A stretch of DNA of 58,567 nt from a phage. The stretch lies in the sequence record PZ445423.1. One strand, 5' to 3'. Both the position numbers and the translations under genes were made by a program. Position 1 is the first letter of the stretch; the number at the start of each line of letters is the position of its first letter. Below the pieces are notes generated by a model, which ran no database searches, was not told the origin of the DNA, and saw only the letters and a list, made by a program, of their open reading frames with translations. Positions 19,966 to 28,949 of this stretch are shown piece by piece.

Positions 19966-21498
19966 ATGGTAACTAAGACTATTATACCAACTGATATAAC
20001 CAAACTTAAATCTGATGTTGAAGCGATAAACGGAGAAGTATCAACATTAACGGAGGATACCTCCACGTTAAAGTCCGATGTGGGAACTCTAAAATCTGAC
20101 GTTGGCAACTTGAAAACACGAGAAATTGTGAATACAGATTGGACAGCGCAGCGACCACAGAATCAGCAGAACGATTCGTCTAGCAACTTCGGAACAGGCT
20201 ATAAATTAATCTCTCAAGGTATAGATATTGATGGAAAAACATATGCTGCGTCACTGGAAATGGTGCGGGTTAGATCTGACGGAATCATAAACGCGCGTAT
20301 TAATGTTGTTAACGCTGCTGGTGACTCAATATATTACGATTTTAATGATAATGGTGAAATTGTAGTTCCACCGAAACAAAATATTAGCTCAAGACGTTTT
20401 CGTATTGCAAATGATGGCACATCGTCAATGGATGGTCGGTTGAACATGTGGGGTGCTAGTACGCGCGCCGATGTTTTTGAATACGGCTGGAGTAGCGGTT
20501 ACGGCTTTTATATGCAGCGCAATACCGATAACTCAAGAGAGTTTCATGTAAATGGAACTATTACAGCAAATAACGTAAGTTCGGGATCCGACCGAGACTT
20601 GAAAACCGATATCGAAACTATCGCGAATGCTACCGAAAAACTGCGTAAGATATATGGATACACATATACACTTAAGTCCGACGGAATGCCTTACGCTGGT
20701 GTGATTGCACAAGAGGTTATGGAAGCGTTGCCAGAAGCGGTTGGTGGGATGACAGTTTACACTGAAGAAGATAAGGAAATAGGGACGCGTTACCTTACTG
20801 TTAACTATTCTGGTATTGTTGGTTTGCTTGTTCAGGTATGTCGTGAAGCTGGTGCGGCTGGTATCGGTGGCGCGATCGGTGGCTTAATTGGTTCCTGGAT
20901 CGGTAATGGTTGGGGTGGCAATGGTGGCTGGGGTGGTCGCGGTAACTTCGCTGGTCCGGTGGAAGTGCAAGCTTCTGTTGACACCAACGCAATTCTGCAA
21001 GCTATCAACAACGGTACTCTTCAGACCATTCAGGGTCAGAACGGTACTAACCTGACTGTTGAGCGCTCCGCTGCTTCTACCTATAACGGTATTACTCAGC
21101 AGAACACTCAAAACCTGCTGGCTTCCGTTCAGGGTTTTGCTGGTCTGAACACACAGATCCAGGGCGGCACCAGCCAAGTGCTCGCGGCTCTGTGTAACAA
21201 CGAAGCAGCTAACATTACCCGTTCCTTCCAGGCGCAGCTAGAAGCTCAGAAGTGTTGCTGCGAAACCAACCTGAACATCGAGCGTCAAGCAGAAGCTACT
21301 CGTGCGCTCCTGCGCGATCAGCACGCACAAGCGCAAGCTGTTCTGATCTGTGACCTGAAGTCCCAGTTGCAGGAAGCTCGCTTTGCAAACTCTCAGTTGG
21401 CGCAGACGGCTGGTCTTACCTGTAAGATCAATCAGGTTGAGCAGTTAGTTAACTTTAAACTGCCAACTCCTCCGACTCCTCCGACTAGCTGCTGCTAA
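19966..21498 (+). CDS. tail fiber with S74-type intramolecular chaperone domain and long low-complexity C-terminal extension
   Basis: SD AAGGAG; N-terminal LKSDVGTLKSDVGNLK repeats; GSDRDLKTDIETI...AGVIAQEVMEALPEAV matches the S74 autoproteolytic chaperone signature; ~220 more residues follow. Confidence 0.7.
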   Translation: MVTKTIIPTDITKLKSDVEAINGEVSTLTEDTSTLKSDVGTLKSDVGNLKTREIVNTDWTAQRPQNQQNDSSSNFGTGYKLISQGIDIDGKTYAASLEMVRVRSDGIINARINVVNAAGDSIYYDFNDNGEIVVPPKQNISSRRFRIANDGTSSMDGRLNMWGASTRADVFEYGWSSGYGFYMQRNTDNSREFHVNGTITANNVSSGSDRDLKTDIETIANATEKLRKIYGYTYTLKSDGMPYAGVIAQEVMEALPEAVGGMTVYTEEDKEIGTRYLTVNYSGIVGLLVQVCREAGAAGIGGAIGGLIGSWIGNGWGGNGGWGGRGNFAGPVEVQASVDTNAILQAINNGTLQTIQGQNGTNLTVERSAASTYNGITQQNTQNLLASVQGFAGLNTQIQGGTSQVLAALCNNEAANITRSFQAQLEAQKCCCETNLNIERQAEATRALLRDQHAQAQAVLICDLKSQLQEARFANSQLAQTAGLTCKINQVEQLVNFKLPTPPTPPTSCC

Positions 21499-21520
21499 TC
21501 GTTGAAGTGTGGTTAAACTA

Positions 21521-21556
21521 AAGCGCCTTTCGCTCCTCCGCTTGGGGCGCTTTTAA
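21521..21556 (+). terminator. candidate terminator/stem-loop after the fiber gene
   Basis: AGCGCC...GGCGCT stem with a 19-nt loop, followed by TTTTAAC. Confidence 0.35.
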
Positions 21557-21569
21557 CAGAGGTACTATC

Positions 21570-21938
21570 ATGAGCCACATTAAAATCGCAACGATGGGAA
21601 TGCCACGGGTCAAATTGCCTAAGGTTGCTTTACCTCGCATTAGCGTAGGTGAGCACAACCATGAACATGAGAAAGAGGAATATAAACATGCTCACTCTTA
21701 TGCTCGAGATCATGAACATATGGCAGCTATGTCAAATGTTCTTGACCGGATGGAAGAACCTCCGCATACGTGGGCGGCGTACCACGACAAGCCCGGCGGT
21801 ATGATGTCCATTGTTGAAATGGAATACCGCGAATTAATGGAGTGTAAGAAAGAAGGCGACCGCGCAGGGATCATGAAAGAGTTGACTGATCTTGCCGCAG
21901 CTTGTACTTGCGCTCTTCAAAAAATGAAAGATATGTAA
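21570..21938 (+). CDS. hypothetical His/Glu-rich protein (possibly MazG-like NTP pyrophosphatase)
   Basis: 122 aa, SD AGAGGT; EMEYRELMECKKEGD...LTDLAAA loosely resembles MazG-type EExxE helices. Confidence 0.35.
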   Translation: MSHIKIATMGMPRVKLPKVALPRISVGEHNHEHEKEEYKHAHSYARDHEHMAAMSNVLDRMEEPPHTWAAYHDKPGGMMSIVEMEYRELMECKKEGDRAGIMKELTDLAAACTCALQKMKDM

Positions 21939-21953
21939 GAATAGGAAGCCGAC

Positions 21954-22484
21954 ATGCAAAACGTAAACGCAGGAATGGGCGTAACCCAGTTCAACGGGAT
22001 GAAACCGAAAAACTCCATCAACATGGGCGGTGTTGATTGGACGTTACGTCGGGACGCTACCGATTCAACTACCATGTTCCCACACCAGAAGGTGAGCTGG
22101 CTTAATGCTGGATGTGAACCTATGGGTGATGGAAGGGTTCATTACTGTTGGATTATGGGAGTGATACCGCCTACGCCGGGCACTATCGAACGACCCGTGA
22201 ATGTGATGTATGTCGGCTTCCACCAGTTCAAGATTACAATTGCTCCAAACTCCATTAGTCAATCAGATCTTGATCGTATGCATGTTTACGTCAGCGATGG
22301 CACAGACTTCGCAGGGGATTTTATTAGTAAGTTTCTTGGTATGCAACCAGAGCAGCCTGTAGAAGCACGCGAGCATATTAGCCCGTGGCCACCCATGATT
22401 GATCAGGAAGTGCTGCAACCAAAGACCGCTCAAACGGTCCCTCAGAAACCGGAGCAGAAGGTGAAACCAAATGACGAAGAATGA
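21954..22484 (+). CDS. hypothetical protein
   Basis: 176-aa ORF with SD AGGAAG and a Pro/Gln-rich C-terminus. Confidence 0.4.
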   Translation: MQNVNAGMGVTQFNGMKPKNSINMGGVDWTLRRDATDSTTMFPHQKVSWLNAGCEPMGDGRVHYCWIMGVIPPTPGTIERPVNVMYVGFHQFKITIAPNSISQSDLDRMHVYVSDGTDFAGDFISKFLGMQPEQPVEAREHISPWPPMIDQEVLQPKTAQTVPQKPEQKVKPNDEE

Positions 22485-22755
22485 AGGTATTGATAAAGTC
22501 GTTGAAGGGCTTTCTATTCGTGCTCATGTTATAGCAGACGAAGGTCATGATCAACTTACAATTATGAAATCTGCATTCAGCGATTTTAAGTCTCTTGGAA
22601 ACTTAAGCGGGTTAATGACTGTGGTGTCGACCGGAAAATTAACCCAGCAGCAAATCAGTCTAGCTCAGCGTATTGCTGTTAAAGTTATTGCGGTACTTGG
22701 GATGATTGAAGCTGAAAAGCCCAGTTCCAAGCAGGATAACGAAAGCGACCTTTAA
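22471..22755 (+). CDS. hypothetical protein
   Basis: 94-aa ORF overlapping the upstream gene end. Confidence 0.4.
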   Translation: MTKNEGIDKVVEGLSIRAHVIADEGHDQLTIMKSAFSDFKSLGNLSGLMTVVSTGKLTQQQISLAQRIAVKVIAVLGMIEAEKPSSKQDNESDL

Positions 22756-22766
22756 GGAGGTCTACT

Positions 22767-22970
22767 ATGTGTGGTAATACTAACCGTTGCTGTCTAGGCA
22801 GTCCTGCAACACAAGTAGGTATACTTCAGGGGCAATTGGCTCAAGCAGCGTGTAATTGCAAAACTTTTCAACCAGTAGCGCCAACTCCTGTGTTTGTGAA
22901 TGCTTTTGCACCGCCTGTTTTCAATACTTTTGGCGTATACCCATACGGTGCTTTCTTTCGTATATTCTAA
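22767..22970 (+). CDS. hypothetical small Cys-rich protein
   Basis: 67 aa with 5 Cys near the N-terminus; strong SD AAGGAGG. Confidence 0.3.
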   Translation: MCGNTNRCCLGSPATQVGILQGQLAQAACNCKTFQPVAPTPVFVNAFAPPVFNTFGVYPYGAFFRIF

Positions 22971-22974
22971 GAAG

Positions 22975-23002
22975 AGAAAAAGGGGCAAACGCCTCTTTCT
23001 TT
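22975..23002. terminator. convergent-junction hairpin (candidate bidirectional terminator)
   Basis: AAAGGGGC-aaac-GCCTCTTT stem-loop between the last + strand structural ORF and the first - strand ORF. Confidence 0.4.
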
Positions 23003-23282
23003 AACGCTTATGAAAAGCTGACAGGATTGCAAGTGTTACAGCACCCAATCCAACGACGGTAGCATAAGTGAGTTGGTGTTGAACTTTAACAAAGCCATAA
23101 TAGGTGCTAGGGATGTCTACAATCCCAAACGCCATAGCAAAGCTGGTCCCAAGTAGTGCTACAGCAAGGGCGCGTAATAACGCCCTGCTCATTGCTGTAA
23201 AGCCCTTCTCATTACTATCTCCGGTCATTATAACAACAATGATTAGAAATAGCGAAACGACAACTAATAGATATTCCATCAT
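23001..23282 (-). CDS. small membrane protein
   Basis: 93 aa with three hydrophobic helices; start overlaps the upstream stop (ATGA). Confidence 0.4.
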   Translation of the reverse strand: MMEYLLVVVSLFLIIVVIMTGDSNEKGFTAMSRALLRALAVALLGTSFAMAFGIVDIPSTYYGFVKVQHQLTYATVVGLGAVTLAILSAFHKR

Positions 23283-23485
23283 TTGCGTCTCCTGTACATG
23301 TATTGATCATACGCGGTCGCAATAATAGTGACTGGCCAGCAAGCGAGTATACATAGAAGACTTACAATCTTCTCCCAACGTTTCTTATGGGATAGCGCAT
23401 AATTATAGTTATTCCAACAAAAGAAATAAGTCATTGCTGCAATAACTACACCAATTACAAAATACATAACCACATATTCATGCAT
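23279..23485 (-). CDS. small membrane protein
   Basis: 68 aa with two hydrophobic helices and a basic C-terminus (YRRRK). Confidence 0.4.
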   Translation of the reverse strand: MHEYVVMYFVIGVVIAAMTYFFCWNNYNYALSHKKRWEKIVSLLCILACWPVTIIATAYDQYMYRRRK

Positions 23486-23666
23486 CGGTAAACTCCCAAA
23501 TCAGATTATAATTATTTCCCGCTGGTACATAGCGCCCTGGACGTGGATCGAAGCTTTTCACTGAAAACTCCAGCGTTCCGGCGCTATATAGTTGCACCTT
23601 TTGTCCGTCCCACGGTCCACCTATCAATTTAAAAGTCTGTCGATAACCTTTTGCAGCTTTAGCCAT
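23478..23666 (-). CDS. hypothetical protein
   Basis: 62-aa ORF with SD AAGGAG. Confidence 0.35.
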   Translation of the reverse strand: MAKAAKGYRQTFKLIGGPWDGQKVQLYSAGTLEFSVKSFDPRPGRYVPAGNNYNLIWEFTDA

Positions 23667-23680
23667 GCTCGCTCCTTAAA

Positions 23681-23710
23681 TACCCGCGCGAACGCGGGTA
23701 TTATTTTATT
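23681..23710. terminator. GC-rich hairpin with flanking T-run
   Basis: TACCCGCG-cgaa-CGCGGGTA followed on + by TTATTTTATT; lies between two - strand ORFs, so orientation is ambiguous. Confidence 0.35.
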
Positions 23711-23915
23711 ACGCTTCCGGTGTTTCCGGTGATGGTTCATCAGGAACAACAATAACATCGGCTAAAACTTTCAACGCTTCTTGTTGCTCCGCTGTCATAT
23801 TATTCCAGTAATAGACGTGAATGTAAACTACTGGTTTGTCACCATGTTGCCACGGTTCGCGACTTACTACATCCGCAGCTAAATCGCTTGCTACGCTCTT
23901 TTCTTTACCAGCCAT
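23709..23915 (-). CDS. hypothetical acidic protein
   Basis: 68-aa ORF. Confidence 0.35.
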   Translation of the reverse strand: MAGKEKSVASDLAADVVSREPWQHGDKPVVYIHVYYWNNMTAEQQEALKVLADVIVVPDEPSPETPEA

Positions 23916-23947
23916 GCTAATGTACCCCTTTAAGGTTTTACACGCGG

Positions 23948-24241
23948 CTAACCCCCAAAAGTACCCATATGATCAAGGGTTCTAATGCGCTGCTCCAGCC
24001 AACGTGCGTTCTTTTCAAAATGTTTATTGGTACGCGCTGCTTTGCACGCATCAATAATACCTAACTCACATCCAAGCTGCGTTTGTCCCATCACGTAAGA
24101 ATTGGTTAACATGCTGGATACAAGCTCTTCACATTGTAACTTAATAGGATGGTCTTGGCATAGTTTCTTTGCTGCATCTTTTAAATCCACAGCTTGGACA
24201 CCAGGCGCTATCAGCAAAGTTACGAGTAATAAACGTTTCAT
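23948..24241 (-). CDS. secreted/periplasmic small Cys-containing protein
   Basis: 97 aa; signal peptide MKRLLLVTLLIAPGVQA then a mature domain with 4 Cys. Confidence 0.45.
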   Translation of the reverse strand: MKRLLLVTLLIAPGVQAVDLKDAAKKLCQDHPIKLQCEELVSSMLTNSYVMGQTQLGCELGIIDACKAARTNKHFEKNARWLEQRIRTLDHMGTFGG

Positions 24242-24525
24242 TATGCTTTCCCTTTACGACATAAGGCTTGAAGTTCCAGAAGCGCATCAATGTCTTCCTG
24301 TGGAGTTACACCAACGTGAATTGGATATTTAGCGCGACATTCGTTGCCGACTTCAACAGTGTGGTTAATGTAGCCGTAAACACATCCACCAATAACAGTG
24401 AAGATAAGCGCAACAATCATTGTAAGATACTTACCTTGTTTGCGTTCTTCATTTTGTTTATTAAGCTGACGGTTAAGTTCTACCGCGTCGATTTTACCTT
24501 TATTGTAATCGTCTACTAAGCTCAT
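24241..24525 (-). CDS. membrane-anchored hypothetical protein
   Basis: 94 aa from the ATG at 24525 (SD AAGAGGGG); the track ORF start at 24582 is a TTG; central TM helix LTMIVALIFTVIGGCVYGYI. Confidence 0.4.
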   Translation of the reverse strand: MSLVDDYNKGKIDAVELNRQLNKQNEERKQGKYLTMIVALIFTVIGGCVYGYINHTVEVGNECRAKYPIHVGVTPQEDIDALLELQALCRKGKA

Positions 24526-24550
24526 TTTGTATCCCCTCTTGTTGTATGCA

Positions 24551-24579
24551 TATATTAAAACAGACCCGCGAAGGGTCTG
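24551..24579 (-). terminator. rho-independent terminator after the DNA polymerase gene
   Basis: On the - strand: CAGACCC-ttcgc-GGGTCTG followed by TTTTAATATA. Confidence 0.55.
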
Positions 24580-24589
24580 CAAGTAGAAT

Positions 24590-26575
24590 TTAGGCGTATC
24601 CCATGTCTTCGAGATACTTCTCTGCTTTAGCTATATAAGCATCATAATCTATGTCGTCCGGTACTTTATCCGGTAGCGTCATGATTGGGACACCTCCCGC
24701 GCTACCAGCTACACGGTTGCCCGAGTTAGCATAGATTATTTCAGGTGTTTCTTCATTAGTGCTTAAATACCAGCGTACAACCTTACCCAAAAATTCGCCA
24801 TTCCATACCGCGCCACCTTTTACCGCACGTAAGATAATGAATTTTCTAATATCGTTGCAATTGCGTATAGTACGAGAAACAGGCGTACCGTGGGCCAAAC
24901 ATTCACATACAGCTTCCATAATGATTTCACCAGTACAGTTCTTTTGAAGACCTGTCTTTGCGAACCACCCTTTACGTTTAATTTCAACATTTCCTTCCTC
25001 GTCAGGTTCTTTTACTGCAACATAGTTATTAACGTTAGCACTGTACAGCTTGTCATAGTAGTTGGATTCCATTTCAAAACCTGTTACGGATTCCCACCAC
25101 TTGATCATATTATCAACGAAGTCCTGCATATGGTCCGGATACTTAACCACAATACCATCCGTGTTGGCTGAAATTACTTTAACACTATTTAACTCAAATG
25201 CTTCAATAAGCATCAACAGTGAAAGTTGCCCTGTTAATGTAACTTGTATCAATAATTGCGGCGCGTAAAGGACAGACCACATAGACCCTAACTTACCGAA
25301 CGATCCGTTGATTACGATCTTCAGCGTGTTGGCTGTGTTCTTGTCCCCTGAGTGCTTAGCTGCAATACGTCGGTCTACAATGCTTTTATAAACACGAAGA
25401 AACGCTGGTCCCAACTGCTCAGGATACAAGCCCTGATTAAGAATAATAGAAGGGTAATAGGACGTTACGTCAATGTCCCGCTTTTTAATACCTGGCTCTT
25501 TACCATGCCCGGCACATTCTTCAGAGCTGTGCAAACCACCAATGCCCATACGGTAGACACCGTCCGCAATCTTAATTTCAAGGCCTGTTAACGCTGGAGG
25601 TAAGCTAACACCACCGTTATCGCTAACAACAAAGCGGCAGTCCCGAACAATATCCAAAACACTATTCATCAGAGGTGTTTGAAAACGAATAAAGTCCGGT
25701 ATGTTATATGCATACTTTGTTCCAGGATAAACTTGTGGACGTTGCGGACGCACACCAGTTAACGCTTGAATTTCGTGTTTAATTACGTCTTCTGCAATCT
25801 GCGCATCAGAACGTGAACGCAGATCCACACCGTATTCTTGTGACATAATTTCACGGAGGTGCAAAGGCTCTTGCAATGCAATAAAACATTCTTCTGTCTG
25901 TACAAGGTCGTTAATACAGTACCAGCGTACAATTAACATCTGGTCCTGCGTCAACATTGTATTTGGCTTGAACGGTAAATCCTGCATACGGCGAGTATGT
26001 ACACGTCCGCCATATTGTTTCAAACCACCAGATCCAGGCAGAACTTCCATAATATCAATGTGGTTAACGTTCTGCATACGCTTAAGACGGTAACTCTTCA
26101 ATACATCCGAAGGACGCCAGTCTTCAACGATTATTTTATCGGTCGCGTCTTTAAGCTGTGCATTAGAACAGCCGTTGAGCGCAAGCGTAGCAATGGGCAT
26201 ATCGTACCCGTTACCGTTAAAGCTCACGATAAGGAAGTTTGTCATTACCCAGTTAAGTAACAAGCAATTCAAACTACAACCATGATACATTTCGAAGTAG
26301 ACAACTTTCTTAGTCCGTACTCCGCGAAACGCGATTAAGAAATAGTTTGGATAACATTCAATATCGTATACAAGCGGTTCGCGGTTAATCCATGCTTGAA
26401 TAAGTTCGTCCTGCGTATACAGGTTGTATTGGAAGTTCCGCGCTTCCTCAAGGTTAGGTAGATAATCCGGGCGCTCCCAAGTGCGCTCCGGCGGTAAACG
26501 TTTAACCTTTTCTTTCTTTGCTTTTGGCTCAGGCGGTAAGTCCTGCCAAAAGAAACCAATAGCATCTGTCCGCAT
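24590..26575 (-). CDS. DNA polymerase, family B
   Basis: Exo-like YDIECYPN; DVTSYYPSI (motif A, DxxSLYPS); KIVINGSFGKLG (motif B, KxxxNSxYG); SANTDGI (motif C, DTDS-like). Start set at the ATG overlapping the upstream stop (TAATG). Confidence 0.85.
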   Translation of the reverse strand: MRTDAIGFFWQDLPPEPKAKKEKVKRLPPERTWERPDYLPNLEEARNFQYNLYTQDELIQAWINREPLVYDIECYPNYFLIAFRGVRTKKVVYFEMYHGCSLNCLLLNWVMTNFLIVSFNGNGYDMPIATLALNGCSNAQLKDATDKIIVEDWRPSDVLKSYRLKRMQNVNHIDIMEVLPGSGGLKQYGGRVHTRRMQDLPFKPNTMLTQDQMLIVRWYCINDLVQTEECFIALQEPLHLREIMSQEYGVDLRSRSDAQIAEDVIKHEIQALTGVRPQRPQVYPGTKYAYNIPDFIRFQTPLMNSVLDIVRDCRFVVSDNGGVSLPPALTGLEIKIADGVYRMGIGGLHSSEECAGHGKEPGIKKRDIDVTSYYPSIILNQGLYPEQLGPAFLRVYKSIVDRRIAAKHSGDKNTANTLKIVINGSFGKLGSMWSVLYAPQLLIQVTLTGQLSLLMLIEAFELNSVKVISANTDGIVVKYPDHMQDFVDNMIKWWESVTGFEMESNYYDKLYSANVNNYVAVKEPDEEGNVEIKRKGWFAKTGLQKNCTGEIIMEAVCECLAHGTPVSRTIRNCNDIRKFIILRAVKGGAVWNGEFLGKVVRWYLSTNEETPEIIYANSGNRVAGSAGGVPIMTLPDKVPDDIDYDAYIAKAEKYLEDMGYA

Positions 26576-27528
26576 TAGACACGTTCTCCAATTAATACAC
26601 CGCGAAGGTTTTCCCCAAAGAATGCGCAAGGTTGCGGATATAAACTAAAGTCCGCAGTCTTAACCACATTTTCAAGCAATAGCAGGATATCAATATTGTA
26701 CACTCCCGTTATTGTGCGGTCCTGTAATACGAAGCTTGCACCTTCCGCATCGTCATAATGGGTACGCGCCAGACCGTTTTCAATATATACACGCGGTCGG
26801 TCTTCTGCGAACGGTTTAATTTTATGCAAGCCTTCAAAAAGACCTGGATCAACAGGATGTGCATTACATTGAACATTTAAAATACGACGTATATCGGGCC
26901 ACTCCGCATCAATAAGCTGTGTTCGCAACCAGCGGCCTTCCGGATAATGAAACGTTACATTGTTCTTACTAACCTGAATATGTGTCGGGTTAGCTTTAAT
27001 GCGAAGTATTTCTTTAATAGCAACAGACGGTATTATGCAGTCAATAGGGAATTGATTACCAAACCAATATTCCGCAATGGTGACGTTATTTGTAGCAAAC
27101 AGGCTACCGTTATTAATCAGAATACCGCAAGCCCACGGGCGGGACGCATCCGAGCCTACAAACGGAGCAACAGACTTCACACCGTGTACGAAGCGAGCAC
27201 CGTCTATTTCGTATAAATCACCTTCAGGGAATACGTGAGGCGTTTCCTTGTCAATGCAGCGTATAGCAACACGAAACGGTCCGGACTTAATATTAAGTTT
27301 ACCGTTAGCCATCATTGTTAACTGTACGGTTTCGTCACAGTTTGAAATAGCTTTAATCATAGGCCCAGCTTCAGGCTTGCAATCAATATCCAGCTCAATA
27401 GGGCTACCCAGTGCAATAACACCGTTAAAGCCCTGTACCTGTCCATCACGGATAAGAAAGCTGGTAAGCCCTTCTACCAGTTCCTTTTTAGCGACGGACC
27501 CTTGAACAAATTTAAGAGCGTCTAACAT
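26575..27528 (-). CDS. putative sliding clamp (beta-clamp-like processivity factor)
   Basis: 317 aa directly upstream of and coupled to the polymerase; ACGILINNGSLFATNN loosely resembles the beta-clamp LVATDGHRLA region. Confidence 0.35.
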   Translation of the reverse strand: MLDALKFVQGSVAKKELVEGLTSFLIRDGQVQGFNGVIALGSPIELDIDCKPEAGPMIKAISNCDETVQLTMMANGKLNIKSGPFRVAIRCIDKETPHVFPEGDLYEIDGARFVHGVKSVAPFVGSDASRPWACGILINNGSLFATNNVTIAEYWFGNQFPIDCIIPSVAIKEILRIKANPTHIQVSKNNVTFHYPEGRWLRTQLIDAEWPDIRRILNVQCNAHPVDPGLFEGLHKIKPFAEDRPRVYIENGLARTHYDDAEGASFVLQDRTITGVYNIDILLLLENVVKTADFSLYPQPCAFFGENLRGVLIGERV

Positions 27529-27755
27529 TAGCGATCCTCGATTGCTCTAATTGTGGTTAAATCTAATTCGCAGGTTGGAGGGTATCCATAAAGTCCCATT
27601 TGTTTTCCTTGTGCATTAAACCATGTACCTGACGGATCCTGCCACTGCTTAGGTGTCTTGTGGAGAAATACTACTCTGTTTTCACCATAATAATTAATTC
27701 TTACTCCTGTGTGAGTATATTTACGTTTACCTTTTGGTCTTCTTAAGTTAGCCAT
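27528..27755 (-). CDS. hypothetical basic protein
   Basis: 75 aa; stop/start overlaps with both neighbours. Confidence 0.35.
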   Translation of the reverse strand: MANLRRPKGKRKYTHTGVRINYYGENRVVFLHKTPKQWQDPSGTWFNAQGKQMGLYGYPPTCELDLTTIRAIEDR

Positions 27756-28675
27756 CAGAACAACTCCATTACACGATCACGGAATGTGCCGTCATGGGTG
27801 GCGTTAATGTTTGCAGCAATTACACCATACGCCCATAAGTTGAAGGCAGCACGTGATTCATAGATTGTTGATAAACGTTCGTAAGTGAAACCGTTTTGCT
27901 CAAGGTATTTAAGGACAGCATCCTGTTCAATTTCAGTTAATGTTGAAACATGCTTACCAAAATGATGGCGGTCCGGTGACTTATCTGATACGCGCATTGG
28001 TCCCCACGGAGGAGTAACCACACTTCCAAACGCTGCCGCTTGAATCCAGGAGGATGAGTCACAGCTATACCACGGATAACGCTCCATAATTGTTGTTGAC
28101 GTAATACCAAACGCATGAAGTTTAATCTTAGCACGCCCGCTACCGTCGCAAATATATTTGTCCCACATGCGGTCAAGCCAAGTTTTAAGCGTGTCCGTTG
28201 AACGCCCTACCATGCCCCCGATGGTGATGTATTCGTAGTTCTTCATGTAGTATTCAAGATAGCGGAAGTCCTCCCCGAAGTGGAAGCAGGGTAACGGTTT
28301 AGCACCGCGTGCTTCCATTTCAAGCTGGTTACGGTAGGTTTGCAACGGATCACCGATACCATCAAGCACCGATGCCATTACCGCACCATCTTCAACGCGA
28401 AGAATATCTTTGTTGCGCTTAATGTATTCACAGTATTCAACAATATCAATGTGAGCACCTAAAGAATGTGCAGAGAATGCACCGGAGTCGAGAAATACTT
28501 TAGCCCCGTCCGCACGCATCTGATCAACATACTTTTGACGCCCAACGTAGTGATATGATTCCAAAATATGGGGCAGATTGCGCGTGATATTTTTCTCATG
28601 CTCAGACAGCTTTTCATAACGCTGCTGGCCAGGCATATATCCGTTCGTGTAAACTGCTGCCATAAAAACGTTCAT
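27755..28675 (-). CDS. dpdA: DpdA-like DNA-guanine transglycosylase (TGT fold)
   Basis: 306 aa; FLDSGAFSAH matches the TGT active-site DSGGFQ region; adjacent to a full preQ0 synthesis gene set. Confidence 0.75.
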   Translation of the reverse strand: MNVFMAAVYTNGYMPGQQRYEKLSEHEKNITRNLPHILESYHYVGRQKYVDQMRADGAKVFLDSGAFSAHSLGAHIDIVEYCEYIKRNKDILRVEDGAVMASVLDGIGDPLQTYRNQLEMEARGAKPLPCFHFGEDFRYLEYYMKNYEYITIGGMVGRSTDTLKTWLDRMWDKYICDGSGRAKIKLHAFGITSTTIMERYPWYSCDSSSWIQAAAFGSVVTPPWGPMRVSDKSPDRHHFGKHVSTLTEIEQDAVLKYLEQNGFTYERLSTIYESRAAFNLWAYGVIAANINATHDGTFRDRVMELF

Positions 28676-28878
28676 TTTTGGAACGGCCCTCCAAACTGAT
28701 CAATTAGTTCTAAAGTACGCCACGTTTCATTAAATGCTTCGTCCGCTCGATGTTTAGCGTCAATAAGCTGCTGCTTTAAAACATCTGTAGGCGCATCATT
28801 CTGTATTGCAGAGCAAGCATCCGCAGTACCTGCTTTAAGCTGGTAGAATGCTGTCTCTAAGATTAGTTGTCTTGACAT
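28672..28878 (-). CDS. hypothetical protein
   Basis: 68 aa from the ATG at 28878 (SD GGAGGA); the longer track start would overlap the upstream hairpin. Confidence 0.35.
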   Translation of the reverse strand: MSRQLILETAFYQLKAGTADACSAIQNDAPTDVLKQQLIDAKHRADEAFNETWRTLELIDQFGGPFQK

Positions 28879-28890
28879 ATTTCCTCCAAT

Positions 28891-28930
28891 AACTAAAAAG
28901 CCCATACCAGTATTATGACCGATATGGGCT
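28891..28930 (-). terminator. candidate terminator/attenuator after folE
   Basis: On the - strand: AGCCCATA stem with 16-nt loop and TATGGGCT, followed by TTTTTAGTT. Confidence 0.4.
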
Positions 28931-28949
28931 TGATCTGTAAAGCTATCTA

